Below are positions 36,918 through 48,729 of a stretch of DNA of 64,000 bases, piece by piece (the stretch's first letter is position 1; each line of letters begins with the position of its first letter). Source of the stretch: Amoebophrya sp. A120 (taxonomy: Eukaryota; Protista; Dinoflagellata); assembly GCA_905178155.1 (NCBI GenBank), contig CAJINV010000004.1, forward strand, positions 8,066,771 through 8,130,770, read 5' to 3'. The notes beneath the pieces were generated by a model. The model did not search any database. It saw only the letters and a program-made list of their open reading frames with translations, and was not told where the DNA came from. Both the position numbers and the translations under genes were made by a program.

Positions 36918-37699
36918 GTTTAGGGAAGTGGGCTGGGTAGGAACAAGTGGAATATGGATTTTTCGCGCAGGTTATTTACACTTTTGCAACTGTATCAACT
37001 GGCTATTACTGGGGCCGACTAGATTTTTTAGTCCTTCGAGAGAAAGAAGATTTTACGTACGAATGCATCGAAAAAAACAATTCAAATTCAAACATCGAAT
37101 GGTTGCACACTTATAATTTCCTAAAATGCTAATATTGCTCTTGGGATGAATATATTCCTCGGGGTAGTCTATAACTTCTTGGAGTTGCACTGTACTATGA
37201 TCCGTTTACCTTCGAAGAAGCTCCTGGTATTAGTAGTATTTGCACGATGCACTTTATTGCAAACTTGTAGTTACGCTGCAAGAACTGGTGATGACCACTA
37301 ACTTAACTACCTCGCTGTGAAGCAGCGCATCTGAGTGGACAATACTACAACTTGATGTGGACAAAAACTTCTCTCCTTGTACCTGCTAGTATCCAAAACC
37401 GAAAAAACCTCCGCAAAAAAACGTCAAAATCTTGCGAAAACCGACTACAAAAACATCAGAAAATCAGCATAAAAAGCACTTTCATCTCAAAAAAAAACAA
37501 AACTTTCATAGGCACGTACTGTTGCGCGCTAGTAGTACACACACCAGCATTATATATTCATCTCAAAAAAAAACACAAAAACGACAAAGATTCTTATCAC
37601 ACACAAAAAACTACGACAAGGTCTCATTTTCTATCGCGCGCAGAGGTTCTTTGTATTTTGTTGCAGCACCTGTTGGATTTCTATATTCTTCCGAACTAT

Positions 37700-38695
37700 T
37701 ACTGGGACAACGCGCTATTCGCAATTCAAACAGGAAGGAGAGTGGCTGCAACGAATAGCCCCCCACTGTGTTGCACACCTAATGACCTAGTTAGCTTCTT
37801 CGCAGCCCTTCTCAGTGGCTAAAGACGGAGCTATCCGGCGCTGCTGCTCCACGGAGTTGCCTCGGAGTGCCCCTGCAGCTTGGAGGTGCTGCAGCAGGTC
37901 CTCTTGCAGTCCAGCCGCTAGACAATGGGCCTCAATCTGTGCAAGTCGGTCGGAGTCGAGGGCGCAAACGGAACCGGCCGCGGCTGCGCCTTCCCTTGTT
38001 TCTAAGTTGGCGCAACTGTGCGCGCGTGTACCGGCAGGCGCGCGCGCTTTTTGCCTTTGCGGCTTTTTCGTCAAAATGCGAAAAGCCCGAGAGCCTTTCG
38101 GGAAGGGTTCCCAGAGGGGTTCCGGGACCCCTTTTGGGGAGGGGTAGCACCATCGTGATTCGAAGAAAAATCAATAGGCTTTTTTTTAGGGTTCCGGGCA
38201 CCCCTCCGGCCCCCCCTTTTTGGAAGGGCTCCGGAAAGGCCTTCGCGGCCAACATATATGCGTGGTGCCCGCTAGAGACGACGAGGCCAGGGCCTGTGTA
38301 GACATCTCTCGGGGCGCCAGCCTCACACGCTGATCCAGGCCATAGCGGCAAATACCTGCACGGAGAGAGCAATCGGGGAAGCGGAGCAAAATATTGCGCG
38401 CGCCCGGCGTTTTCTAGGTGAAAACATCAGCCACAGAAGAACCCCCAGCGCCCCACCCCCCTTCGCGTCAATACTCACTTACCTACTAGAGCACTGCTGC
38501 TGACAAGCTAGCTAAAACAAACCGCGTTCAAGTCAGCCCCTCACTAGCGTGCACAGGTTTACTAGCTTTGCGCCGCGAAAAAATGCGCGCAGAATTTTTT
38601 TTACGGTCTGAGGCAAATACAACGTTGACGACCCCATATACTGGGACAACGCGCTATTCGCAATTCAAACAGGAAGGAGAGTGGCTGCAACGAAT
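37700..38695 (+). repeat. 57-bp exact direct repeat (37700-37756, 38639-38695) flanking a GC-rich 882-bp segment
   Basis: TACTGGGACAACGCGCTATTCGCAATTCAAACAGGAAGGAGAGTGGCTGCAACGAAT occurs twice. Confidence 0.9.
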
Positions 38696-39292
38696 GAAAA
38701 CACCTATACAGATTTATCGCAGAACCCAAGTAGAGAGGACCACCGCTTGCTCCTCGAGCACTTCATTGCAGTACAACAGTGCCGCTTTAATTCTTTGCTC
38801 GGCATAATAGTGTTCACGTGACCACGTGTGTGTTGCTTTCTCTGTTGCGGTCCACACGTAGAAGAAACACCTGGACAAGTTTTTGTGTCTGTGAACTTGA
38901 ACAAAATCCTGCTGAAAATATACATTTCTCGGTTTTATTCGCACAAACATTCGCTGCTGTTCCGTTCCGGACATAGAAAAACGAAAGTTGGATCCAGGTT
39001 TATTTTTTCTTCCGTCTAGTCGCCCTACAAACTGAGCTGTGCATGGCGACAGAAAAGTTCCAGTCAATTTATTACAAATTTTTTTCAACAACAAACTGCA
39101 CCCATACTGCGTCGAAAAGCAAAGGGCTGTGCGGCGTTTGGGAAAAGAAGTTCCATATTGACATTGTCATTGCAATAGTAAACTACAAGAAAATAAAGGG
39201 ACGTGATTTAGAAGAAGTACACTTTCGTTTGATTACCACGGCGACTGCACGATAGCATCCTGTCGCGCACGAAACACACGACAGCAGACAAA

Positions 39293-40037
39293 ATGGTTCT
39301 GAAGGCTATTGGGATTCCCGAGCACTTGGAGGTGCCCTATCAAATGCAAAAATGTCTGAAGAATGTAACTTGTCATGCTGTTTTTGGACTCTATAAAAAT
39401 TTGTATTGCATGACCAGCAAGGAAGCTACAATTTGTGCTACGCGGGCAGGGCATTTCTCATGCGGAAAGTGCATCAGGAAGGGTTCTAAAAATCTGTGAT
39501 GCTAGGGCTTACATCACAGACTATCATGGGTCATGGGCAATATGCATGACAAATCTTGCATTCCTCCAGACCCAAATATTTTTGCATTTGATATGCCCCT
39601 GTACGTGGTGATTGGGTTTCACGCGCTCGCGTTCTCCACGTGGGCCGTGTTTTTTGTCAAGGATTTGGTGAAACCGCCGTTGCTATGCGATGGAAAGTGT
39701 GTCGTGCCGGGGGCAAGGTTTCTTTGTCATGCGAGATGATGACTTGTTTTTACCATTAATGGACAAAACAGCTTCTTCGATCTCCGAGACAACATACGCA
39801 ATAATGCGAATATCGATTCGATAAGTCTGTGGAAAAGAATTTGTCATGCTGCCACATGTTTTTTTTGCGCACGTGTCATCAACCAGAGGAAGAGCCTGAC
39901 TGAATGTGAGATGAATCAGCTACAGCAAGAACCATCTGTAGCCATATTCTACCAGCCCCTGGCATGTACTAGGTCTTTGCCGTGCATAACCGCACCCGAT
40001 TCAGGCCGAGGCGCTGAAGGAGAAGAAGGGGCTGTAG
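39293..40037 (+). CDS. 57-aa single-TM microprotein with C-terminal KKxx; 2 introners
   Basis: Rebuilt sequence MVLKAIGIPEHLEVPLYVVIGFHALAFSTWAVFFVKDLVKPPLHPIQAEALKEKKGL*. Confidence 0.65.
39338..39593. mobile_element. Introner family A
   Basis: TIR; DR TGCCC. Confidence 0.9.
39684..39988. mobile_element. Degenerate introner
   Basis: TATGC...GCATA ends with a weak TIR; removal restores the frame. Confidence 0.6.
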
Positions 40038-40991
40038 AGCACGTGCAGAGCGGAATCTGCTTACATGGAAACGGTGAAGTAGATGCGAGAGACGTGATCG
40101 GCGTTCGACGCTAAGGGTATTCTTCTTACTAGCCGCAGCTTGATAACCACGACACCCCCTAAAGATAGATGAGCGACGTTCTGCAAGAAGAAATGTTGAG
40201 AAGTCCAGATGCAAAAAATGTTCTTTGAATCATTAGTTTGAAAACCCACCAGAAGTTCCCCGACGAGATTTAATTTCTACTACTGAAGACATGTACGTAA
40301 CTGCATTTTTCTGGTCGAGCTAGAAAGGCAAGTCGTTTTAGCCGGCGAAGACCGAAGCCAGTGTTCCACAAAAGCTGCGTTTTCCACTGTCCAGAGCCAT
40401 CTTTTTGAAGCTCTTTTCGATAAAATTACGACAGAGATGAACTCGGAAAACCAGGAGAATACTCGGGTTTTGAAAAAGAAAATCTCTCTTGATGTGCTTG
40501 TCAAAACTAGATATTGTGATTTGGTTATTATTTCTGTGACGATTTATCCACCAAGGATCGTTCTTATTTTGGCAACAATGCACAAATGCAGCGACGAACA
40601 GCAGTTCCTTCCCATACACGACAAGCACTGTTTTGTACTACCCAGAGCATTTTTATTTTTTGTGTTTTCCCACCTCATGTTGTTGCTGCCCCTCATTAGT
40701 AGATACCCGCGCACCACAACCCCCAAAATGTAGATCTTTTTCTTGCTCGTCGAGGAATCGAAATGAGCTTGTTTTCCCTCATTTCGACCATGGCCACCAC
40801 TCCATGTTACCCATCAAACTACCCATAGGAAAAGCGTGCTAAACAACCCAGAAATTATATTACACAAACGTAAATATTAAAACTCCATACTTACGCCAGC
40901 AACCGAAACAAGTAGACACGACCTGCGGCTCCCTTGACGTCGTCGAGGGGAGATCCTTTCTCTCATCGATTGGAAAACCGACTACACGACC

Positions 40992-43900
40992 ATGTGCATC
41001 TTCTGTGACCGGTTCCGAAGCGGCAACACCGTCCTGGACGAGGTTCTGGATGTCGAGAAATGCGAGGAGATGAAGAAGAAGCGGAAAAAAGTGACGGTCG
41101 TCACCGGCTTATCCTGAGCGAAAGCGCCCTCCGGTCAGAGTTCTTGTCATGCAGATTTGCAATTCCAGGAACATTTGTAATGCACGTCCCCACGACGAGA
41201 GACATTTCCAATCGTGTTTTAGAATTTGTAATGCCGTAAAGAGAATAAGGAGATGGCTTTGTGATGCCCCTGTCCTTGCTGTAAACGGCACATCAGAACA
41301 GAGAGAAACTTGTGATGCGTGCCTTCCAAAACTTCTGGACTTGTGTTGCTAAGTTCCCAATTTGACTCTGCGAGGTGGTGGGCCACGTTTTTGCTCACGA
41401 TACGGGTTTCTCGGATCGGGCAAGACGAGCTTCTTGAACTACGTGCTGACCTCCAATACGCACAACAAGAAAATAGGCGTATCGAATGTAAAAATGTCTG
41501 GGTCTGGAAAATTGCCAGGTTTGTCATGCACACTTTGCATGACGTGTGAGGTCTGTGATGCATGCCCCAGCATCACAGATTTTGTGAGATCTTTGCCATG
41601 CCTTTTCCGCATGAGAAACTGCCTCTCGGCCTTCTCAAAAGTGAACAGCTTTTTGGTAATCATGCAACACAGATTTTTGTATGATTCAGATTTAGCATGA
41701 CAAGTTGTACTCTTCCAGACCCAGACATTTTTGCAATTCATAAGGCGTAGTCGTGAACGAATTCGGTGAGACCACCATAGACGACAAGTTTCTGAAGTCT
41801 GTATCAAGTGCAAGAATGTCTGGGTCTGGAATGTTGCCGGGTTCGTCATGCATATTGTGCATGACCCAGCATGTCTGTAATGCATGACGTAGCATCGCAG
41901 ATTTTTAGAAGGCTTCCTGATGCCTTTTCCGCATGGCAAATGCCCTCCCCGCGTAGCACAAACTAGACTTCTCTTGCTGATCATGCAATACAGATTTTCT
42001 TAGAATCCACCGACAGCATCACAAGTTCCATTCTTTCCAGACCCAGACATATTTGCAATGCATAGTCTGCTGGCAATAACAAACGTGTCGAGACCTGCTC
42101 CGAGTCCGGGATGCAAGTGGTATCGCTCGAGAACGTATCCTGTGCAAAAGTATCGTACTCGTACAAATGCAATTCTTGCATAACAAATATTTTTCTTATA
42201 GGTAAATCAGCATGACAAATTTCATTTATCATGCGGAGAAAATTTGTAATGCATCTATACGACTACGATACTGTTGCAGTTCATAGAGCGGCTGCGTGTG
42301 CTGCACGGTGCGCGGCGATTTGGTCACCGCCATGCTGAAATTCGCCTACACCATGGATGTCGACTACATCCTGCTCGAGTGCTACGAAATCGCGGACGAA
42401 AACAGGGGAACGAGGCACAGAGAACCACACAAGATGAATCTTTGGAGGAGGTTCTTGCGAAAGAAAATTGGTCTTGCAATCTTCCCGGAAGTGGACATGA
42501 ATCAAAACACGACTGCCTCGCGCTCGCGCTGTCGATGCCCCAAAAAAACTTCCCCCGGAAAAAAGATAGAGCTGCTTTCTTGTTCTTGGCGAAAGTGTTT
42601 TAAAGTCCGCACCAGGCCGCGCGCTTCCCTATGCGGAGTTGTGCCCTTTGACAGATCAAGCAAGCAAAACCGAAAGCCGCTAGCCCACGCCGCTCGCTGC
42701 CCCGTCCCCCGCGCCCCCAAGTTGGTTCTGTGCCCCCACGCATGAGGATCATCTCCCAAGCCCGCATGCTGCCAAGCCCGCGCCGCGAGAAAATTATAAT
42801 AATTCTGCAGACCGCAAAAATCATTCTGCAGACCGCACGGTATTTCTTATGATTGATGTTTTTTTCATCAGCAACTACATGATGCAGCAGCAACGATTTC
42901 GGGTGTAGTAATACAACAACGAACAAGAGAACGACTACTACTACTGCTTCTGAGCCTTGAAGATCCTGTTTCTTCTTCTTTTCCATACCCTCTCCGGTCT
43001 CAGTGAGATCGTCCCGGTGTGTCAATGCTTTTTCGAGGCCGATGTGCAGCAGCACTTCCAGCTCGATGGAGTAATATGTGTTGTCGACGGCAAGCGGCTA
43101 TGGGTTGCAAAACTGCGGAATAAGTGTCGTCGTACTGATGCGCTACTGGTACATCAAACTGTGCATGTGACAAGACTGTGATAGCATCTTCACAAGTGTC
43201 AGTTTTGATGTTGTAATGCTGATCACTATTCGAAGAAGAAGAAGACAAACAGGACCCGGCATTTGATGTAAATAGTTGTACGACGCTTGTTTTGCTGTGG
43301 ATATTTTTACTACGAAGAATTCATCCTGGGACACAATTTCGATGACGACATATGCATTGCAAATATGTCTGGGTCTGGAAGGATGCAACTTGTGATGCTG
43401 CATTGGGATTCTACAAAAATCTGTATTGCATAAACAGCAAACCGGCGAGCGCGAGAGGGCATTTCTCATGCGGTATAGGCAACAGGAAGCCCTCAAAAAA
43501 TTAAAATCTATGATGCTAGGGAATGCATCACAGACATCAGGAGTCATGCAAAATGTGCATGACAAACCTTGCATCCTTCCAGACCCAGGCATATTTGCAT
43601 TTGATACGACACCGTCGACGGCAACGAGGTTCGGGAAAAAGCAAATGACAGCGACGACGAGTTTGCCTGCGAACCGATAGAAGACTATCAAATGCAAAAA
43701 TGTCTGGGTCTGGAAGATTTTGAGATTTGTCATGCTTGTCTGGCATGACCAAAAAGTTTGTGATGCGTGTCCAAGAAGAGACCCTTTATTTGCCTGTCAT
43801 GCAAAAACGCAGTTTGTCATGCGAAAAACGCAACACAAAGAAGCGCAGATATTTGTCATGCTTGCCTGTGCATTACAGAGCATTCACTATCCCCAACGCA

Positions 43901-46577
43901 GCCTTACAAGTTTCCAGACCCAGGCATTTTTGCCTTTGATAAAGACTTTTCAACTACAACTCCCCCAAGGACGACGAAAGGACTAGAACCTCCAGCGAGA
44001 ACTACCTCTTCTTGGGACGATCAACATGATGGCAACCTCAATATCGAGGACGTCCAGATGCTGTCCATGTCGGATAATGATATTAACTACGACCAGTACA
44101 TCAAAAATACAACCTCTACTACTTCTAACGAGGACCAAACTATCAAGTGCAAATATGTAGTCCGGGTCTGGAAGATTGGGGGAGTTTGTCATGCAAATTG
44201 TACATGGTTCCCGATGCCTGTGATGCATGCTGTAGCACCGCAGCTTTCGCACAGGTCTGCTCATGCCTATTCTGCATTAGAGATGTCCTGTCCGGTTTGC
44301 AACAACCTGAGTGTGCTTTGCCCCTCTTGCAATACAGATTGTTGTGTGGTCGACAGCTAGCATCACAAATCCCATTCTCTCCAGTTCCAAACGTATTTGC
44401 ATTCGATACAAACGACCGTAATGCAGGACAACTCGGACATGAACCAGCTGGATTTTTTATCCTGAGTAAAAATGTCCCCACCCCAGAGTTCGTTGTCATG
44501 CAAATCTGCATGCCAAAAAAGTTTCTCATGCGGAGGCCCATGAGAGCCATTTTCTAATCCTGTTTTGGAATTTGTGATGCTAGAATCAGCATGATGTGCT
44601 ACATCTGTAATGCTTCCGAACTAGCTAAACAGGCTTACACTACGAGGATAAACTTGTCATGCGAAACAACCAAAGGTGGCCGATTTGTCTAGCGGATTTC
44701 CCATCTTGACTCTGGTGTGGGGACATTTTTACTCAGGATATTTTTTCTACTCCGATGAGCAGCTGGAACAAAGCACCACGAAAAGAGCCAAAAAGGAGCG
44801 CAAGGAGCTGATCATCGAACAGCTGTCGCTCGCGGATGTCGTTTTATTGAACAAAATTGACCTGTTCAAATCCAGACACGACCGAGACACGGTGCTGCAG
44901 CACCTAAAATCCAGAAACCACCTCGTCGATGTGCTGCCCTGCCGGCAAGCGCGAGTTTCGATTCCGCAGGTGCTGGACCGCAATTTGTTCACGCCGACGC
45001 GGGAGTTTCTCACCCAGGAACCGCTTCACATCTTTGGAAAGAAACCGCCAATAATACCGCCAGTGCTTACTTCCTTCCCCGGTAGTACAGCCTCCGCTAC
45101 TGGCGGGGGCGGTGGAGGTGCGAACAGTGTGTCACTGGTCATCACGGGCGAGCCGCTGGACACGGTGAAGGTGCGCGCGTTTTTGGCGGACCTCTACATG
45201 CGGTACGCCTCGGCGCGCATCCTGCGCTGCAAGGGGGTGCTGGTCACGCAAGACTCGCCGCTGCAGAAAAAGCTGACCTGGATCATGGTCCAGGGCGTTG
45301 CAGATCACGTAGAGTGGGAACTGCTGGACCCCCAGCCGGAAGTGGAACTTATTTTGCGTGATGAAAATAATTCGTCTGAAGCAGCTCCCACTGCAAGAAG
45401 AACAACTTCCACGACCTGGGCAGAAAAAACAGCAACTTCATTAGCTACCACTACCCGATCAACAGTACTAGAGACAGCCAACGGCACAGGAACAACAACA
45501 AGCAGGAAAGACTATAGCGATAAAACCACGATGAGCAACACGACCAGCGTCTCCAACAACAGCAACATTATCTCGCGGTTCGTATCAAGTGTAAAAATGT
45601 CTGGGTCTGGAAGAATGCAACTTGTGATGCTGCGTCTGCATTATTCAAAAATCTGTATTGCATGAACAGCAAAAGAGGTCTGGTTTTGGCCACGGCGAGA
45701 GGGCATTTCTCATGCGGTATAGGCATCAGAAAGCCCTCACAAGATCTGTGATGCTAGGGCACGCATCGCAGACATCAGGAGTCATGCAAAATGTGCATGA
45801 CAAACCTTGCATCCTTCCAGACCCAGACATTTTTACATTTGATAAGTCGTGATCATCTACCAGAACCCACAGAGCATCGACACCAGCAAAATTCGTGCCG
45901 CTTTTTATCAAATGCAAAAATATCCCCACCCCAGAGTTGTCATGCAGATTTGCAATGACAAGAACATTTGTGATGCGCATCCCGATGATGGGCATTTCCA
46001 GTCGTGTTTTGGAACTTGTAATGCTGTAAACGGGATAAGCAGATGGATTTGCAATGCGGCTGTCCACACTAACCTGCACTACAGTACGAACTGAAATTTG
46101 TCATGCGTGACCACCAAAACTTCTAGGTTTGTGTTGCAAAATCCCCATCTTGACTCTGTGGTGGGGACGTTTTTACTCAGGATACTTTTCAGAGGTGCGC
46201 GATCTCCTTTGCACGAGCGGAAAGGGCCGGCAAGACCCCACAGCAGCTGCTGCTTGGAGGGTATCAAGTGTAAAAGTGTCTGGGTCTGGAAGAATGGAAG
46301 GCTTGTCATGCTTGTCTGGCATGACCCATGATGCTTGTAATGCATGACCCAGCATCAGTGATGCTGGGGCATTAATCTTCCAAAAATCTGTCATTCACAG
46401 ATTTTTGGAAAGCTTCCTGATGCCATTTCCGCATGACAAATGCCCTCCTCGCGTAGCACAAATGTGGCTGCTCTTGCTGGTCATGCAATACAGATTTTTT
46501 TAGAGTCCAAAGTTAGCATCACAAGTTCCAACTTTCCAGACCCAGACACTTTTACATTTGATAGAAGGGTCGCGTGA
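40992..46577 (+). CDS. COG0523/CobW-family (CBWD/ZNG1-like) G3E P-loop GTPase; 13 non-canonical introns
   Basis: Rebuilt VTGFLGSGKT, VVVNEFGE, LENGCVCCTVRGDL, LLECSGL, CVVDG, EQLSLADVVLLNKID, ILRCKG, VQGV, SRFVII. Confidence 0.92.
41110..41402. mobile_element. Introner family C-like
   Basis: DR CGGCT/CGGGT; splits the Walker A motif. Confidence 0.88.
41480..41742. mobile_element. Introner family A
   Basis: TIR; DR AGGCG. Confidence 0.92.
41802..42064. mobile_element. Introner family A
   Basis: TIR; DR GTCTG. Confidence 0.92.
42136..42285. mobile_element. Introner family B
   Basis: TIR; DR GAACG/GAGCG; splits N|GCVCC. Confidence 0.9.
42383..42987. mobile_element. Degenerate enlarged introner
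   Basis: TACG...CATA ends; removal plus 5 nt yields LEC|SGL. Confidence 0.65.
43099..43303. mobile_element. Degenerate introner
   Basis: TATG...GATA ends; removal restores the frame. Confidence 0.6.
43351..43606. mobile_element. Introner family A
   Basis: TIR; DR CGACA. Confidence 0.92.
43686..43941. mobile_element. Introner family A
   Basis: TIR; DR AAGAC. Confidence 0.92.
44141..44408. mobile_element. Introner family A (diverged)
   Basis: TIR; DR CAAAC. Confidence 0.88.
44458..44740. mobile_element. Introner family C
   Basis: Perfect ~24-bp TIR; DR TTTTT. Confidence 0.92.
45583..45844. mobile_element. Introner family A
   Basis: TIR; DR GTTCG/AGTCG. Confidence 0.9.
45906..46184. mobile_element. 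Introner family C
   Basis: TIR; DR CTTTT. Confidence 0.9.
46262..46563. mobile_element. Introner family A
   Basis: TIR; DR GAGGG/GAAGG. Confidence 0.9.
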
Positions 46578-48051
46578 GACAAAGGCAGTAGACCGCTTGG
46601 AACTACAAGCGCGGTGCGGTTTATTTTTCGCTTGGTCGGTCGATGATAATCTAATGTTGACTCGCCAAAATTTATTTCGCCAGCCAAAATGCTCCAAATG
46701 CTGATGGCTCGTCACATTGTTAGCGCGTTTTATGATTATAGTGGTATACTTGTCGTGTAGTTTCCGCGACGCCCGCGAAGTTGAATGAAGTAGTCAAGCA
46801 AACCTGATCCGGGTTCATTTTTCGCGCGTTTTTTCATAAAGTAGTGGCTTCTAGAAGACTAGTTTGTACAAATAAGTGCACTTCTGCTGCTGGGCCGCGT
46901 CCAAAGGAGTTCGAAGGAATTTGTCTTTTATAATGCCGTCCACATGGTTAGTATTGAAATTGATATTAGTGATTTTTTGGTGTGGTCGACGGTTTTATAT
47001 ACTAGAGAAAGACAATGATTGAAATAGCAGGCGAAGGCACTGCGCCAGGTGTTTTCTGTTAACCGATTCGGTGCCGTCGAAGCAAGTAGCTGGCTGTTGG
47101 AAAGAAAATTTCAAACGACGACGTGACTCTATAATTGAATCGGACGACAACTACTCCAACTGAGTGGCTCCACTGGGTGAGTGGCTCTGTAAAAATGAAG
47201 AACGCAGGTTCCTTCCCAAGAAGAGGTGGCTTCTATGAGTTATATAATATTGAGATACGAACTGCCGCAGGCCGAGAAGGTTCTGGCGCCTCTGCCGGAC
47301 AGCTGCCCGGCGCGACCGAATGACGAGCTTACTGCTGATGTTGTCTGAATGAATTTCAAACGACAAGTTTATTTGGTTTCGATTCAATGAAGTAAAAACG
47401 CTGGCTCTTCTTTGCACTGGCCCGAAGTGCAGAAGGCAATGAGATACTTACTTTACCTTCGCGCACTAGGGGCGGATGATTTGCTGATTGCCTCATCCTC
47501 CCTGTTGACAGAAATCGAAGACAAGATCTCGGTTCAATATCGGTGCTGAAAATCGGAATTCCAAGACTAGGTAACTATCCAGGGTCCCTTGGTCGAAATC
47601 TTTCTGCTGCAAAATTGTACAGATCTGAAAAATCATTTATGTCCCTTATCGATTATGATGTGAATTTCTGTTGAGCTGGAGGAAAACATTATTAAATTGA
47701 CATCTTCGGTTGAGCTGGACCACTTGTCTTTTGAATGCGAATTATTTTGGTCCACGCCATTTCGTCTTTTCGCCGACAAAATTCTCACCGTGACTCCAGG
47801 TTGAAATTGAGTAGTTAGCAGCACGCATTTTGTGTCGTGTTTGCTTGGAAAATATAGCAACCCTAAACCGTTGAACAAGAAGAACGATAAAAGTAGCTGA
47901 GTTCTGCAGTAACAGTAAATTCTTGCCACCCTGGGAACTCTAAAATAAACCTGTCGGCGAAAATACAACAAACTCGTATAGCATTTCTTCGAACAGCCTT
48001 CCTCATCTCTCACAGTATCTTTAACTTGTAAAGAGCCACAGAACCAGGATC

Positions 48052-48729
48052 ATGTTGTTGGCTTTGCTCTGGTATGGTAGTTACTTTGCCGCATCCGCTA
48101 CCAGCGGGGTAACCGTGGTTGAGGCCGCGAAAATGAACCCGCGTGCAGGAACCAGCCTGCGGGAAGGCGTTGAACCTTTGTCGGCCGCGGCGAGAAAACA
48201 GGTCCTGGACCTCGTCGACGAATCTCGGTTCGTTGCGGTTCCTCCTCCCGTTTTACCTGGTTCTTCGCGTCTCGTCAGACATAAAAAGTACCGGGATGCA
48301 GTCCAAGCGGCTTCCTCGTTTCGGGACATCACTCCAGAAGAGCTTCAGCGGGATAAAGACTTCGTGCTGTTCTTGATCAAAAGCGGTATCCGCGAAAAAA
48401 ACCCCAGCTTTTTTTTCAAGTGGGACGACCTTCCGGACGAGCTGCGGCAGGACAAAGAAATTCTACTTGCTGCCCTGCATCACAAGCTGATTCGCGATCT
48501 CTGGTGGGACCATGACAAGAAACCCACTCCACCCCGTCGGAACCCTCGCCTGTATCCGCAACCTGTGTGTTGGCGTGAATTCCGGCCCCACCTGTTCACA
48601 GACATGGAAGTCGTCCTGACGGCTATTGAAGTCGGCGCTGTTGAAAGATGTGGCAACGTGCCTCCAGAAATGCGGAGAGAGGATCAGGTCCTGCGGCTGG
48701 CGTATGCACGGAATCTTTCTTCTAATTAG
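48052..48729 (+). CDS. Intronless signal-peptide protein with DUF4116-like helical repeats
   Basis: N-terminal hydrophobic leader; repeats PEELQRDKDFVL, PDELRQDKEILLAAL, LFTDMEVVLTAI, PPEMRREDQVL. Confidence 0.65.
   Translation: MLLALLWYGSYFAASATSGVTVVEAAKMNPRAGTSLREGVEPLSAAARKQVLDLVDESRFVAVPPPVLPGSSRLVRHKKYRDAVQAASSFRDITPEELQRDKDFVLFLIKSGIREKNPSFFFKWDDLPDELRQDKEILLAALHHKLIRDLWWDHDKKPTPPRRNPRLYPQPVCWREFRPHLFTDMEVVLTAIEVGAVERCGNVPPEMRREDQVLRLAYARNLSSN

Noticed and set aside
41110-46563. Regularly recurring ~30-bp repeats suggestive of a CRISPR array
   Set aside because: They are paired inverted TIRs of ~260-bp introners separated by exons; no cas genes; eukaryotic context.
47445-47520. ATACTTAC/CTTACCT starts (also at ~49216) resemble the U1 snRNA 5' end
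   Set aside because: No recognisable U1-70K loop, U1A loop or Sm site downstream.
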